64,000 nt of DNA. Source: Gemmatimonadota bacterium (GTDB lineage Bacteria; Gemmatimonadota; Gemmatimonadetes; Palauibacterales; Palauibacteraceae). The stretch spans positions 1,782 through 65,781 of the forward strand of contig JBDHAC010000028.1 in assembly GCA_039588275.1 (NCBI GenBank). The letters run 5' to 3'. Under the pieces are notes generated by a model. That model saw only the letters and a list, made by a program, of their open reading frames with translations, was not told where the DNA came from and searched no databases. The position numbers and the translations under genes were made by a program. Positions 10,701 to 19,648 of the stretch are shown here, piece after piece. The stretch's first letter is position 1. Every line of letters starts with the position of its first letter.

Positions 10701-10925
10701 GACGAAGTACCGCCCATTCTCGTTCGTGAGCGCGCCGCGCGTCACGTTGGTCCGCGTATCGGTAACCGAAACCTGAGCGCCGGAGACCGGCTGCCCGTTC
10801 TGATCGATCACCGTTCCGCGGATTTCGGAGGTCACGACCTGGGCTTGTAGGATCGGAGCGAAGATCAGGATCGCCACGAGCCCGAGCGCGCCTCCTAGGG
10901 TGGTCCTAGACAAGAGTTTCTGCAT
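7740..10925 (-). CDS. TonB-dependent outer-membrane receptor with N-terminal carboxypeptidase-regulatory-like domain
   Basis: ORF 7740..11003. ATG at 10925 gives the signal peptide MQKLLSRTTLGGALGLVAILIFAPILQAQ. CarboxypepD_reg-like IRGTVIDQNGQPVSGAQVSV...NGRYFV, a plug-like region, and the beta-barrel terminal signature ...GARFRF. Confidence 0.85.
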   Translation of the reverse strand: MQKLLSRTTLGGALGLVAILIFAPILQAQVVTSEIRGTVIDQNGQPVSGAQVSVTDTRTNVTRGALTNENGRYFVAQLQPGGPFTVRVQIIGYGPQSRTGVNITLSQAETVNFQIQQTAVQVEELTVSVVGDDAVFSAGKTGQSTTIGETEIETFPTINRSLMELTLLSPYANQFENAPSIAGKANRLNNIQIDGAVNNDVFGVGESGTPGGQGNAKPITLEAIQEFQVLVAPFDVRHSNFSGGLVNAVTKAGTNEWQFSGFGTFTNEGLVSKLEDREFGEFNDTQFGGTLGGPLVREKVFFFGAFEAQIFDNPFEGFEPGVGNDFSDGLGIDAADAVAIRDVFQNTYGVDPGTTGALSVKNPRTNVFGRLDFQLGEDNRLVVRHNYSRARNELSCNRGGFGEYCFTSNLAPFLTITNSTVAQLFTQLGDRWENEVLLNLEFINDERDPAVGFGQVTVEASFDFLVGAERFSQANSLDQTIFQITDNLTGRFGDHRITFGTHNEFYSFKNLFEPGLLGLWTFGSIADLQANTPSEYVKRVPAPGVTEDQLPATFDVFQLAFYVQDEWTVSDNLTLNFGLRAEIPLLPDDPRLNSDFSNSFGFANSIVPSGNILWQPRFGFNYQTGDEYRTQFRGGAGLFAGRSPFVWISNAYGNTGIQSVDLTCEGTDAPAFDPNSPAPTTCAGGGGAGAAARPVINVVDENFNFPLDLKLSAGIDRELPGGFDVTVEVLYSKAIEEVFFEELNLVEPTGIDPVEGRPYFGTPTASGCGSRGGCFDNNLMDDDFRNVVNLTNRSESSALLLTFELQRQFSEWLRFRGSYTYADVQDLQVQQSSQATSNFGRNPIRGDPNNPEKADSNYEVEHKIVLGATAQWDLGEKAYLQVTPTYFRQTGLPYSYVVRGDPNGDNYRNPVISRDNDLIYIPSSISELAFISPEDAAAYDALINSDECLSSQRGGLMRRNSCRNPSSDRLDISLVAGINDVFGPWTLEIYANILNLFESKVLQSRVDRGIEVLRVAGREGDVDNARFVYDYRGPVGDDLTPFSLFSPESNTRIQLGARFRF

Positions 10926-11408
10926 GGTTCTCACCGTCCTTGCTTGGGAAGCGGGGTCCCGTCCGAAGAGACGGACGCACGCCTCGAGGAAGATACAGGA
11001 CAATGAAACAGGCGCTGTTGGCTACTGCGAAGCAACTTACAGAGTTGTGGCGGCGCAGGCCAACCGCCGACCTTTACTAGCGTATGAAAACGCCTCGGTT
11101 CGGCACGCGTTATGTGCTCGTGCGGACCAGGCCTCTCACTTCAGCCGCCCGCAGCTCTTGAACCTCGCGGGCCGACCTTGCCACTCTTCGATGGCAGTGG
11201 CAAATTGCAAGGCCTATGCGAAGGTTATCTCGGGCCGAACGCCAGTTGGAGACTCCGGCCGGAGGCGGCCCACGAACCTGGGACTTCGACGTACAGCTTC
11301 GCCGTTCACACCCACACGCCGCGATGACCCGAGCCGACCGCGATTCGCACCTTCCCCGTGCCGCTTGACGCTCGCGGGCCGCGGCCTCAGACCGACAGGA
11401 GACCTAAC

Positions 11409-12689
11409 ATGACGAGTAGAACTGGCAGCCTCATGGCCACGCTCCCGCTCGCCGCACTGGTGGCCTTTGTCAGCTGCGACAACTCGAAGGCGCCGACAGC
11501 GCCCGAAGGCCCCAGCCTGGCACGGAGCGCGGACAGGGCACCGTTCAAGAAGCAAGTCCGCTTCGCCACGTTCAACGCATCACTCAACCGCTTCAACGCG
11601 GGCGATCTCGTCAACGACCTATCCACACTCGCCAACGCCCAGGCTCAGACGATCGCCGAGATCATCCAGCGCACCCGCCCGGACGTGCTGTTGGTCAACG
11701 AGTTCGACTTTGACGCGGGCGGCGTGGCTGCCCGGCTCTTCCAGGAGAACTACCTGTCGGTCTCGCAGAATGGGGCTGACCCGATCCTCTATCCGCATCG
11801 CTTCGTAGCTCCGTCAAACACCGGCATCCCTTCCGGCTTCGACCTCGACAATTCAGGAGGCGTCGGAGGGCCGAACGATGCCTTCGGCTTCGGCTTCTTC
11901 CCAGGTCAGTTCGGGATGGCCGTGTATTCCATGCATCCCATCGACCAACCGGGCGTGCGTACCTTCCAACTCTTCCTCTGGAAGGACATGCCGGGGGCCC
12001 TGCTACCCGACGATCCGACCACGCCGGCGCCCGCAGACTGGTATTCGCCCGCAGAGCTGGACGTGTTCCGCCTCTCGTCCAAGAGCCACTGGGATGTCCC
12101 GATCGAGATCGGCAACAAGACCGTGCACTTCCTGGTCAGCCACCCGACCCCTCCTGTGTTCGACGGAGCCGAGGACCGGAACGGCACGCGAAATCACGAC
12201 GAGATCCGCTTCTGGGCGGACTATGTGATCCCCTCCCGGTCCGGCTATATAGTGGATGACGAGGGTGTGCCCGGAGGGCTACGGCCCGGCGCCATGTTCG
12301 TGATCGCTGGCGACCAAAACGCGGACCCGTTCGACGGGGACAGCAGCGCGGACGCGGCGCTCCAGCTCCTCGATCATCCGCTCATCAACACGAGGATGAC
12401 ACCGAGCAGCGAGGGTGGCCCCGAGCAGTCAGCTTTGCAGGGCGGCGTGAACGCCGGCCACCAGGGCGACCCCGCCTTCGACACGGCGGACTTCAGCGAC
12501 AGCCCCCCGTTCGGTGCGGGGAACCTGCGAGCGGACTACGTGCTGCCCAGGAAGAACCTGCGCATACTGGAAGCTGGCGTGTTCTGGCCGCTGAGCAGCG
12601 ACCCTCTGTTCCCGCTCGTCGGCACCTTCCCATTCCCCGGCTCCGATCACCGGCTGGTTTGGGTGGACGTTCGGGTGCCCGGCAACTGA
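11409..12689 (+). CDS. endonuclease/exonuclease/phosphatase (EEP) family lipoprotein
   Basis: ORF 11358..12689. ATG 11409 is preceded by AGGAG. Lipobox-like LVAFVSC; EEP-like FATFNASLNR...LLVNEFDF...GSDHRLVWVDV. Confidence 0.8.
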   Translation: MTSRTGSLMATLPLAALVAFVSCDNSKAPTAPEGPSLARSADRAPFKKQVRFATFNASLNRFNAGDLVNDLSTLANAQAQTIAEIIQRTRPDVLLVNEFDFDAGGVAARLFQENYLSVSQNGADPILYPHRFVAPSNTGIPSGFDLDNSGGVGGPNDAFGFGFFPGQFGMAVYSMHPIDQPGVRTFQLFLWKDMPGALLPDDPTTPAPADWYSPAELDVFRLSSKSHWDVPIEIGNKTVHFLVSHPTPPVFDGAEDRNGTRNHDEIRFWADYVIPSRSGYIVDDEGVPGGLRPGAMFVIAGDQNADPFDGDSSADAALQLLDHPLINTRMTPSSEGGPEQSALQGGVNAGHQGDPAFDTADFSDSPPFGAGNLRADYVLPRKNLRILEAGVFWPLSSDPLFPLVGTFPFPGSDHRLVWVDVRVPGN

Positions 12690-12730
12690 CCTGGACTGGC
12701 CTCGTTTCATTCGAGGCAGAACCAAAAGAC

Positions 12731-12769
12731 GAGAAGGGCCCGAGGACAAATACCCTCCGGGCCCTTCTC
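12731..12769. terminator. intrinsic terminator hairpin between convergent genes (T-tail on minus strand, serves add)
   Basis: GAGAAGGGCCCGAGG-acaaata-CCCTCCGGGCCCTTCTC. The minus-strand reading is followed by GTCTTTTGGTT. Confidence 0.6.
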
Positions 12770-12803
12770 GCCGTCTGGGGTAGGAACTCCGGCGGATCTC
12801 CCG

Positions 12804-13880
12804 TCAGGCGACCTCCCTGAGCGCCGTAATGACGGGCTCCACCTCCGCGAGCAGCGCCCCTTTTTCCATCCGGTGCAGGAAGGCGCTCCGAAACCCGTTC
12901 AGGATCATCTCGGCGATCTCATCGAGCGTGAAATCGAGGTGCTTCCAAGCGCGGACGTATTCCTCCGTCACCGTCGTACCGCTCATGAGCCGGTTGTCGG
13001 TGTGCAGGCTCACCATGAGCCCTTCATTGAAGTACCGGCGCACCGGGTGGCTCTCGAAGTCGGGGACGGCGCGGGTCTGGACGTTGCTCGTGAGGCAGAT
13101 CTCGAGCGGGATCTGGAAGTCGTTCACGTACTGCATGAGGTCCGGATCTTCGTGCAGACGCGTTCCGTGACCGATCCGCTGTGCCCCGCAGTAGTGAATC
13201 GCCTGGTGAATGGACTCCGGCCCGTACGCTTCTCCCGCATGGATGGTCGCTCCGATGTTCGCGTTGCGAACCATGTAGAACGCGTTCTTGTGCTTCTTGG
13301 CCGGATAGTTGTACTCGGCCCCTGCCAGATCGAACGCGACCACGCCGCGGTTCTTGTACGCGATCGTGAGATCGGCCAGGTCTCGGGAGACGTGCGGCTC
13401 CATGTTCCGGATCCCGCAGATGATCAGGTTGGATCGGATCCCGAACTCTTCCTCCGCCCGGCGCATCCCCCGCAGTGGAGCGTCCACGGCCCCCGGGAGA
13501 GGGAGACCGTATCGGGTCACCAGGATCGGAGAGTAGCGGATCTCGGTGTACCGGACGTTCTCGGCAGCCGCGTCCTCGCAGAGCTCGTACGCGATCCGCT
13601 CGAGCGCGCTGGGGCGTTGCATGACGGAGAGGGCTACGTCGAAGCGAGCGAGGTAGTCCTCGAGGTTCTGGGCGTCGCGCACAAAAAAGTACTCGGACAG
13701 CTCTCGAGGGTCGTGCGTCGGGAGGTCGACGTCATGCTCCGCCGCGAGCTCGACGATCGTCTCGGGCCTCAGCGACCCGTCCAGGTGGACGTGCAGATCC
13801 GTCTTCGGCACCGCCCGAATGCGGTCCCGGACCTCCTGTTCGGTCACGATTAGCTCCTGAGAACGAGTCGCACGATCCAC
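12804..13880 (-). CDS. add: adenosine deaminase
   Basis: Metal-ligand motif DLHVHLDGS; IHAGE; SLHTDNRLMSG. Length is typical of Add. Confidence 0.9.
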   Translation of the reverse strand: MDRATRSQELIVTEQEVRDRIRAVPKTDLHVHLDGSLRPETIVELAAEHDVDLPTHDPRELSEYFFVRDAQNLEDYLARFDVALSVMQRPSALERIAYELCEDAAAENVRYTEIRYSPILVTRYGLPLPGAVDAPLRGMRRAEEEFGIRSNLIICGIRNMEPHVSRDLADLTIAYKNRGVVAFDLAGAEYNYPAKKHKNAFYMVRNANIGATIHAGEAYGPESIHQAIHYCGAQRIGHGTRLHEDPDLMQYVNDFQIPLEICLTSNVQTRAVPDFESHPVRRYFNEGLMVSLHTDNRLMSGTTVTEEYVRAWKHLDFTLDEIAEMILNGFRSAFLHRMEKGALLAEVEPVITALREVA

Positions 13881-13910
13881 GGCCGGATCCGACCCGGCTC
13901 GCGGTACGGG

Positions 13911-15155
13911 TTACTCGTAGCGGAGCGACTCGACGGGGTCAAGCCGGGCGGCCTTTCTCGCGGGCAGAATCCCGGCGATGAGCCCGATGGAGGCCAGGAT
14001 CGCCACGCAGATGGAGGCGATCGGGAGAGATAGCTTCGGATTCAGGATGTACTGCAGTCCCTGGTCATCGGTAGCGATGCTGTCAACACCGACCACGATC
14101 GCGCTTGCGAGGGCCAACCCGAAGATCCCGCCGCCGCCCGCGATCAGGAGCGCCTCGAAGATGAACTGGGCGACGATGTGTCGCCTGCGCGCGCCCACTG
14201 CAAGCTTGATCCCGATCTCGCGCGTTCGCTCGCGCACGACGACGTACATGATGTTCGCCACCCCCACTCCCGCCACCAGGAGCGTGAACCCACCGACGAG
14301 CCCGAGGAAGATCTGGATCCCGAGTCCGATCGCGCTCGTGATCTTCTCGTCTTCGATGAAGTCCCACATGGAGAGCGCCCGCTCGTCCGCCGGGTCGAAC
14401 TTGTAGCGGCCCCCGAGCACCCGGTACAGCTCGCTCTTCACCCGTTCGGCCTCCTTCACATCGCGGGGCCTGACCAGCAAGTGACCGACGTAGCGGTTTC
14501 CGTAGATCGTCTGGAACGTCGAGGCGGGGATGATGGCACGGTCCTCATCCGGCCCGTTGTTGCTCGAGTCCTGGAACTTCTTCTGCATGACGCCGACGAC
14601 GGTGAACGGCAGCCCGTCGAGCATGAGCGTTCGTCCGACCGGTTCCATGTCTCCGAACAGGCGCTCGGCGATGTCATTGCCGAGAAACAGCACGCGGCGC
14701 TTCTCGCGCATGTCACGTGCGTTGATGAACCGGCCGCCCTGCGCCGGGAACATGCGTCGCATCTCCATGAATTCGGGCGCGACGCCCTCCATGTACGTGG
14801 TCGTCTGGTTCTCGTCGAACTTGAGGTGCGTGCCCCAACGGCCGTAGGAAGGGCTCCCCATCTCGATCTCGGGGATGGCCCGCAGCAGCAATCCGAGGTC
14901 TTCCTCGCGCAGCCGGATGCGGCGGCCTTTGGGGAGACCCTGGTACGGCAGGTTCGTCTCTCCCCCGTACACCATGAAGATTCGCTCGCCCGCGTTGAGC
15001 AGCCCCTCAGAGATCTGGCGCCGCAGCCCCTCGCCGAACGCGAGCAGCAGCACGATCGAGATCGTCCCCCACACCACGGCGAAGATCGTGAGGAAAGCCC
15101 GCGTCTTTTGAACGCGCAGATCCCCGAAGAACTCCTCGATCAGGATCTTCCACAT
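13911..15155 (-). CDS. ABC transporter permease, MacB/FtsX type
   Basis: N-terminal TM plus periplasmic MacB_PCD-like region. C-terminal FtsX-like core VANIMYVVVRERTREIGIKLAVGARRRHI. Confidence 0.85.
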   Translation of the reverse strand: MWKILIEEFFGDLRVQKTRAFLTIFAVVWGTISIVLLLAFGEGLRRQISEGLLNAGERIFMVYGGETNLPYQGLPKGRRIRLREEDLGLLLRAIPEIEMGSPSYGRWGTHLKFDENQTTTYMEGVAPEFMEMRRMFPAQGGRFINARDMREKRRVLFLGNDIAERLFGDMEPVGRTLMLDGLPFTVVGVMQKKFQDSSNNGPDEDRAIIPASTFQTIYGNRYVGHLLVRPRDVKEAERVKSELYRVLGGRYKFDPADERALSMWDFIEDEKITSAIGLGIQIFLGLVGGFTLLVAGVGVANIMYVVVRERTREIGIKLAVGARRRHIVAQFIFEALLIAGGGGIFGLALASAIVVGVDSIATDDQGLQYILNPKLSLPIASICVAILASIGLIAGILPARKAARLDPVESLRYE

Positions 15156-15208
15156 CAGGCGCTACCCTCCTTCACCGTCACGGACCCGTCGGCCGGCGGG
15201 AACGGACC

Positions 15209-16441
15209 TCACCAGCGCAGACATTCGACCGGATCCAAGCTCGCCGCCCGGCGGGCGGGGAAGAATCCCGCCAGCATGGCGACGAATGCGAGGAGCGACA
15301 TCGTAAGGACGGCGACTTCGAGCGAGATCGTGGGGGCTCCCACGAACTCCTGCATCGGTACGTACGAGAGGAGCTTCACCAGCCCGATCGAGACGAGGAC
15401 CCCGAGGATCGCCCCGATCGCGACGATCAACACGCTCTCGGTGAGGAATTGCCACAGGATGCTGCGACGGCGTGCGCCCACGGAGCGCTTGATGCCGATC
15501 TCGCGGGTCCGCTCGCGCACCACGATGTACATGATGTTCGCGACCCCGATTCCACCCACGCTCAGCGTGAAGCTCCCTACGATCGCGAAGAACACCTTGA
15601 ACCCGAAGAACAGGTAGCCGAACATGCGCTCCCACTCGGCTGTGTCCCAGATCTGGAGCGCATCCTCGTCCGAGGGGTCGAAACGATATTTCCTGCCCAG
15701 CAACTCGTAGATCCGCCGCTCGACCGCCTCGGTGACCTCGGGTCCGCTCGTCCGATACACCATGTTCGCCACGTACCGGTCGCCGAAGATCGCCTGGTGA
15801 GTGCTCGCCGGGATGAACACGCGGTCCTCGTCGCGTGAGTTGTACGAGGAGTTCTGCACCTTGGGCTTGAGCACCCCGATTACGGTGAACGGGACATCCC
15901 CGATCATCACGTCTCGGCCCACCGGCCGCGCGTCACCGAACAGGATCCGGGCCACCTCATCTCCCAGGAAGGTGACACGCCTGCGCTCCTCGAGGTCGAG
16001 CCGGTTGATGAACCGCCCGCCCGCCTCGGGGATGACGTTCCGCATCTCGCCGTATACGGGATAAATGCCCGTGATATTCGGGTTTACCGCGTTCTTCCCT
16101 CGTCGGACGGGTGTCTCCCGGTCGCTGTACTCGGGGCTGATCATCGTGATGTCCGGGATCTCGCGCTTCAGGATCGCCGCGTCCGCCTCGCGGATCCGGA
16201 TCGTTCGCCCTTCGCGGAACCCGGCATAGGGAACCGTGGTCCGCCCACCGAACATGATCACGATTCGATCGCCCAGCCCGTGGAAGCGCTTCAGCGTCTG
16301 GCGCTCGAGACCCACGCTGAACGCGAGCAGGACCACGACCGCGACCGTTCCCCAGGTGATCCCGAGGATCGTGAGAATCGTGCGGAGTCTCTGGGCCCGA
16401 AGATCGGCCCAAAGCTGCCGCAGTGCGTCGCTCAAACGCAT
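15209..16441 (-). CDS. ABC transporter permease, MacB/FtsX type (paralog of 13911..15155)
   Basis: Same architecture, with VANIMYIVVRERTREIGIKRSVGARRRSI. Confidence 0.85.
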   Translation of the reverse strand: MRLSDALRQLWADLRAQRLRTILTILGITWGTVAVVVLLAFSVGLERQTLKRFHGLGDRIVIMFGGRTTVPYAGFREGRTIRIREADAAILKREIPDITMISPEYSDRETPVRRGKNAVNPNITGIYPVYGEMRNVIPEAGGRFINRLDLEERRRVTFLGDEVARILFGDARPVGRDVMIGDVPFTVIGVLKPKVQNSSYNSRDEDRVFIPASTHQAIFGDRYVANMVYRTSGPEVTEAVERRIYELLGRKYRFDPSDEDALQIWDTAEWERMFGYLFFGFKVFFAIVGSFTLSVGGIGVANIMYIVVRERTREIGIKRSVGARRRSILWQFLTESVLIVAIGAILGVLVSIGLVKLLSYVPMQEFVGAPTISLEVAVLTMSLLAFVAMLAGFFPARRAASLDPVECLRW

Positions 16442-16496
16442 CTAGACTCCGTGGCGGACCGTGCCATCCGTGGCCGCCGGCGTCTATCAAAGATGG

Positions 16497-17591
16497 TCAA
16501 GAGATCTCGCGGGGCGGTGGTTCCACAACCCTCTCACCCTCCTCGAGACCTGCGAGCACCTCGATGTTGATCCCGTCGCTCAGGCCGGTCTCGATCGAGC
16601 GCTCCTCGGTCTGCTCACCGGTCAGCCGAACCGTCACCGTCGCCGCATCCTCTTCGAAACGGACGAGGCGCTCGGGGATGTAGAGCACGTCCTCGTGCCG
16701 CTCGATGATGATGTCCGCGTTGGCGGAATAGCCGGCGCGCAGCACCGCGTCCTCCGAGGGCAGAACGGTGATCTCGACCGGGAAGATCGTGGCGTTCTCC
16801 TCGTCCTGGCCTTTGAGCGAGATCCTCGACAGCCGACCCTGGACCACCGCATCCGGTAGCGCTCCGATCTTGAGCTCGACCGGCATGCCCTCGCTCAGAC
16901 GGCCGACGTCGATCTCATCTACCGTCCCGCGAAAGATCAGCTCGTCCATCTCGGCCATGGACATGAGGACGGTGCCTTCCTGGAAGGTGGTAAGGGGCAC
17001 GACGGGGTCTCCGATCTCGACCGTCTTCTCGAGGATGAACCCGGTGATCGGCGCCTTGATCACGGTCTCGACGCTCTCGGTGCCGATCGTGACCCGGCCT
17101 TCTTGGAGCAGCGCGAGCCGCTCCCGGGCGATCTGGAACTGGAGACGGGCCTCGTTGTAGCTGCGGTCTACGGTCTCGAATTCCTCCTGCGAGACGTAAT
17201 CCTGCTCGCGCAGCGCCTCCAGCCGGTCCCGTTTCTTCTGAAGCTGAGCGAGCTCGAGCTCGCGCAGTTCCATCTGTCGTCGTGCCTCGACGAGCTCTAT
17301 CGGAGTCGGGTTGGGCTGAATCTCCAGTAGCGGCTCTCCGCGCCGGACATGCTCCCCGGGCTCTTTGAAAAGCCGCCGGACGACGCCCGCCAGCTGTGAC
17401 TTGACGCTTACCTCGACGAGCGGCTCGATTCGGCCCACCGCGAGCGCTTTGTCGACGATCTCGCCCCGCTTCACCTCGACGGTCTGCTCGGACCCGTCCT
17501 CGCTCCCGCCGGCCGTGGAGACGACGAAGGCGGTGCCGGAGATGCCGGCCAGGGCCACCATTCCGAATACGATCTTGGTGCGTCGCTTCAT
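16497..17591 (-). CDS. efflux periplasmic adaptor (membrane-fusion protein, MacA/HlyD family)
   Basis: ORF 16497..17627; ATG 17591 gives MKRRTKIVFGMVALAG. Coiled-coil region ELELAQLQKKRDRLEALRE; barrel-sandwich motifs. Confidence 0.85.
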   Translation of the reverse strand: MKRRTKIVFGMVALAGISGTAFVVSTAGGSEDGSEQTVEVKRGEIVDKALAVGRIEPLVEVSVKSQLAGVVRRLFKEPGEHVRRGEPLLEIQPNPTPIELVEARRQMELRELELAQLQKKRDRLEALREQDYVSQEEFETVDRSYNEARLQFQIARERLALLQEGRVTIGTESVETVIKAPITGFILEKTVEIGDPVVPLTTFQEGTVLMSMAEMDELIFRGTVDEIDVGRLSEGMPVELKIGALPDAVVQGRLSRISLKGQDEENATIFPVEITVLPSEDAVLRAGYSANADIIIERHEDVLYIPERLVRFEEDAATVTVRLTGEQTEERSIETGLSDGINIEVLAGLEEGERVVEPPPREIS

Positions 17592-17694
17592 GTCGCTCTC
17601 GTCCTTCTGTGGCGGCTTGAGTCCCACCTGCCACTACGGAGCGGATGAGGGGGAAGGTTTCGAGGTGGGATCGCGAGGCGCGGCAGGTAGGGCC

Positions 17695-17988
17695 TTACTG
17701 CGGGTCCTTCGGATGGGGATATCGGGGCTCCCTCGCATGAGGCGACCCCGTGCCATCAAGGTGGAGTCGTTCGGGGTCCTCGAGATGGAGTCGCACTCCG
17801 TCCTCCAGCGCGCCGTCGAGATCGACCGGGTGTCCCGCCGCGTCACAAACCACTTTGTGACCGGAGAGCACGTCGCGGTATGCCTCTTCGGAGTGCCAGT
17901 TGAGCGCGTGGCGCACGCGCGCCCAGGACCAGATGGTCACGGCGTCATCGTCGATGAAGACGTGGATGCGGGAGAGCACGGGGCTCAC
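17695..17988 (-). CDS. hypothetical protein (97 aa)
   Basis: GTG-initiated ORF co-directional with its neighbours and filling the gap between the 5'-nucleotidase and the adaptor gene. Third-position G/C is very high over the first two thirds. No family recognised. Confidence 0.45.
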   Translation of the reverse strand: MSPVLSRIHVFIDDDAVTIWSWARVRHALNWHSEEAYRDVLSGHKVVCDAAGHPVDLDGALEDGVRLHLEDPERLHLDGTGSPHAREPRYPHPKDPQ

Positions 17989-18016
17989 CGGATCGACGAG
18001 GTCCGGCGCGCGGAGA

Positions 18017-19648
18017 TCACCGACCGATCGGCTGCCAGCGGTCCATGACGGGCGGCTGGATCGGCTGCGGACGTGCTTCCAGGTACCGGACGAGCGCCTC
18101 CAGGTCGACGATGCCGGTCATCGTCGCCGACGTCGCGCCCATGAGCGCCCGATATCCGCTCCCGCCCGTCGCCATGAAGTCGTTCGCGGTCACGGAGTAG
18201 CTACGGTCGGGTTGGATCTGATCACCGCTCGCCAGGCGCGCTTCACGCACGCGACGCCCCCTGGAGGCGGCCGGATCGTACATCACGGTCATGCCGCTCA
18301 GGTGCGCATCGGGACCTTCATCGTCCAGCGCGTGCTCGAGGGTCTCGATCAACAGTTCGCCCGGCAGGTCCAGCACGACGAGGGTGTTCCCGAACGGCTG
18401 TAGCTCGAACAGATCGTTGTACGTCACGGGCCCCGCCGGGAGGCTTCGGCGGATCCCGCCGTTGTTCATCACGGCGATCTGCGTACCGGTGGCATCGCGC
18501 TGCGCGTCGGCGATCACTCGTCCGAGCGCGAACTCTCCCTGCCGCGACGGCTTGTCGAGAGGGACCGCGAGCGTCGCGACGACGCGCTCCATCTGGGCCG
18601 CGGCGGTCTCCCGGTACTGCTCGACGAGAGCGGTGATGTCCGCATCCGACTCGATTTTGTCCGCGTATGTCTGGCGGATCTCGATCAGCTCACCCTCGAC
18701 GTTGCCCTCCGCATCCCGGCGCAGACGGCCGATCCCGAACGCCGTGGAGTTCGCGAACGACTGAACGACGGGGGCGCCGTGAATCGTCGTCTCTACGCGG
18801 CTGTGCGTATGTCCGGTCACGGCATAGTCGAAGCGCTCGCGAGTCGCGTTCAACTCATCCATGGCCTCGCCGTGACATACGCCGGCACTGTCGCAGAACG
18901 CGCCGGCGTGCATGACGACCACCACGAAATCCGCTCCCTGCGCCCGCACCTCGGGGATGTACCGGTCCAGCGCATCGGCGATCGACCGGAACTCGAGCTC
19001 CGCGACATTGGCCGGCATCGTCGTCGTCGGTGTCGAGCGCGTCGTGAGCCCCACGACCCCGACCCGGACGCCGCCGCGCTCGAGGATTGCATAGGGCTGA
19101 GTCCAGTCGGGGTGTTCGTCCGTGCCGCGCTCGTAGATGTTCGCGCCGAGGAACGGGAACGCGGACTGCTCGATCCGGTCGCGGAGCACGTCGACTCCCC
19201 AATCGAACTCGTGGTTGCCGATCGCGAGGGCGTCGTACCCCAGCTCGTTCATGACCGCGATGGTGGACACGCCGTCGGTCAGATTGGAGATCAGCGTGCC
19301 CTGCATCGCATCGCCCGCGCTCACGAGGAAGGCGGGGCATTCGGACGACTCCGTCCTCGCGTCGTGCAGATATCCACCCAGGACGGCCGAGCCACCGACC
19401 AGGCGCTCACCGGAGAAGCCGTACGTCGCGGCCAGGAGACGGCCGTGTGTGTCGTTGGTCGACAGGATGGTCGCGCAGGCGGATTCCGGCGGCCCGGAAG
19501 CCGAGCCCGCACGGTTCGAGCCCGGACACCCGATCGTGACGGCGAGGCCGAGCGCCGCGATCGACGGGAGGTAACGCCTCGCTCGAGCCGGGGGCCCCCA
19601 CGGGAGCCGGACATCCCGCGCGGGCCGGAGAGGGAATCGTCGGGTCAC
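18017..19648 (-). CDS. bifunctional metallophosphatase / 5'-nucleotidase, lipoprotein
   Basis: ORF 18017..19747. NDTHGRL and GNHEFD metallophosphatase motifs; 5'-nucleotidase C-terminal domain; lipobox LAVTIGC. GTG 19648 is the last in-frame start before the signal peptide and overlaps the purF stop (GTGA). Confidence 0.85.
   Translation of the reverse strand: MTRRFPLRPARDVRLPWGPPARARRYLPSIAALGLAVTIGCPGSNRAGSASGPPESACATILSTNDTHGRLLAATYGFSGERLVGGSAVLGGYLHDARTESSECPAFLVSAGDAMQGTLISNLTDGVSTIAVMNELGYDALAIGNHEFDWGVDVLRDRIEQSAFPFLGANIYERGTDEHPDWTQPYAILERGGVRVGVVGLTTRSTPTTTMPANVAELEFRSIADALDRYIPEVRAQGADFVVVVMHAGAFCDSAGVCHGEAMDELNATRERFDYAVTGHTHSRVETTIHGAPVVQSFANSTAFGIGRLRRDAEGNVEGELIEIRQTYADKIESDADITALVEQYRETAAAQMERVVATLAVPLDKPSRQGEFALGRVIADAQRDATGTQIAVMNNGGIRRSLPAGPVTYNDLFELQPFGNTLVVLDLPGELLIETLEHALDDEGPDAHLSGMTVMYDPAASRGRRVREARLASGDQIQPDRSYSVTANDFMATGGSGYRALMGATSATMTGIVDLEALVRYLEARPQPIQPPVMDRWQPIGR

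Noticed and set aside
9033-10850. 605-aa ORF on the plus strand
   Set aside because: It lies entirely antisense to the TonB-dependent receptor, which has a signal peptide, a CarboxypepD_reg domain and a terminal Phe. Its sequence is a monotonous R/E/V/L/P mix without motifs.
11195-11201. GCCACTG on the minus strand in the TonB receptor leader, reminiscent of the cobalamin-riboswitch core
   Set aside because: I could not find the accompanying conserved GGGAA / GGTG...CCC elements or a B12-box-like AGYCMGGAGACCKGCC in the flanks. A heptamer alone is not evidence.
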